Of a stretch of 56,778 nt of DNA, positions 55,971 to 56,778 are shown in pieces. How positions within the stretch are numbered: the stretch's first letter is position 1; every line of letters begins with the position of its first letter. The stretch is from an uncultured virus (IMG/VR IMGVR_UViG_3300027976_000010) (lineage: Duplodnaviria; Heunggongvirae; Uroviricota; Caudoviricetes). The notes below the pieces were generated by a model. The model worked only from the letters and a program-made list of their open reading frames with translations. It was not told the DNA's origin and ran no database searches. Where the stretch lies: the IMG/VR virus record IMGVR_UViG_3300027976_000010; one strand, written 5' to 3'. Position numbers and translations under genes: made by a program.

Positions 55971-56216
55971 ATGGACAACAGTGATGAAATAAACTCCATA
56001 TTTGATGAAATGCTTAAGGACGCCAAGGCGACCAAAGTTATCTCCAATTTCATTATGGTTGCCGAGGTCATTGGCGATGAGACCGAATTGATTATTTCCG
56101 TCTCTAGCTCCATGACCCCATGGATGGCGAATGGTATGCTTAATTCGGCGATTGATATTGTCGCCAGCGGAGAACACGAGACATACAACAATAACCGTAA
56201 TTCCGAGGAGGAATAA
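55971..56216 (+). CDS. Hypothetical protein, 81 aa
   Basis: GGGGGG upstream; stop overlaps the holin start. Confidence 0.75.
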   Translation: MDNSDEINSIFDEMLKDAKATKVISNFIMVAEVIGDETELIISVSSSMTPWMANGMLNSAIDIVASGEHETYNNNRNSEEE

Positions 56217-56431
56217 TGAGCAGCAAGTTCTTAAAAGAGTCAGCAGAAAATGCAGTTAAGGTATTTGTGGCAGCATGGCTTGGCGCATCGGCGGCAACCG
56301 GCTTGTCATTTGAGTCATTGACGAATTCGGCAAATCTTGAGGTCGGCGTTGTCGCTTTGGCGGCATCGGTCGCAATGGCGATGGGATTGAAGAACGTCGG
56401 CAAAAACAAGGATAGCGGTTCTATTCTTTAA
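56216..56431 (+). CDS. Holin (r1t-like)
   Basis: 71 aa with two hydrophobic helices; FLKESAENAVKVF resembles the r1t-holin ERAxKTF motif; GAGGAGG upstream. Confidence 0.7.
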   Translation: MSSKFLKESAENAVKVFVAAWLGASAATGLSFESLTNSANLEVGVVALAASVAMAMGLKNVGKNKDSGSIL

Positions 56432-56499
56432 GATAGACCGTCCTTTTTGGGGGCACTCCCTAGCATATAATTCATTGAGACGATGACTAGGAGCGACTT

Positions 56500-56778
56500 T
56501 TGATAGCTGGGATATACAACATTTTATGTGAGGCCGGCTCTACATTTGGTCGCGTACTAGATGTCCAGGAACCAGACCTGCTTGTCGACCCTACTGGGGC
56601 GACATATATGGTCATGAACCTTGAACACTTTACCGCCCGAATGCAGGTTCGCAGAACCATTGAATCGACAACCGTGATGGTCGAGCTTACGACCGAAAAT
56701 GGGAGAATTGCGATTGAGGGCGCGATAGGCAGGATTACCCTCAGCATGAGCGACATGGTAACGGCAGCTATTGAAACT
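56500..56778 (+). CDS. Partial CDS (runs off the right edge): beta-sandwich tail/virion accessory protein
   Basis: Not in the ORF track. TTG start after AGGAG, with TATAAT at 56466-56471. Translation IAGIYNILCEAGSTF...FTARMQVRR...ELTTENGRI...GRITLS is a common phage virion beta-sandwich pattern. Confidence 0.75.
   Translation, partial: MIAGIYNILCEAGSTFGRVLDVQEPDLLVDPTGATYMVMNLEHFTARMQVRRTIESTTVMVELTTENGRIAIEGAIGRITLSMSDMVTAAIET

Noticed and set aside
1..56778. tRNA genes, integrase, alternative genetic code, firm host assignment
   Set aside because: No cloverleaf or integrase motif was seen, and genes are intact in the standard code. Actinophage-like hints (r1t-like holin, class 3 intein, head-associated domains) are suggestive only.

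Overview
This window is a fragment of a large tailed-phage (or prophage) genome with a contractile tail. It has two divergent arms that meet at about 30.2 kb. The minus-strand arm (1-30155) is the head module. It encodes a portal-MuF fusion, a 2758-aa protein whose N-terminus is an HK97-type prohead protease, and a run of very large multidomain proteins (607, 1257, 1748, 703 and 1481 aa). No major capsid gene is recognisable in the window. The plus-strand arm (30228-56778) encodes a terminase large subunit interrupted by a class-3-type intein, Rad52/Sak, a Cas4/RecB-like nuclease, HNH, RuvC, a ParB/IbrA/IbrB-like trio, then neck, sheath, tube, a frameshifting chaperone, tape measure, baseplate and holin. 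Two signals stand out. (1) The head-module giants share a modular grammar: a Lys-Gly/Ser/Val site, then one of two shared short motifs, a linker, and cargo domains separated by a recurrent [P/V/I]-[S/T]-G-S-M pentapeptide (13 exact copies in three genes, nine in the protease fusion). The cargo includes sigma70 region-4-like, WYL-like, zincin, OGFr/DUF1810-like, ART-like and HipA-like domains. This suggests a capsid-packaged, proteolytically processed effector polyprotein system. (2) An intergenic promoter/hairpin unit carries a 17-nt exact antisense match to the helix-69 region of 23S rRNA. All domain calls are by-eye motif recognition; no database searches were run.
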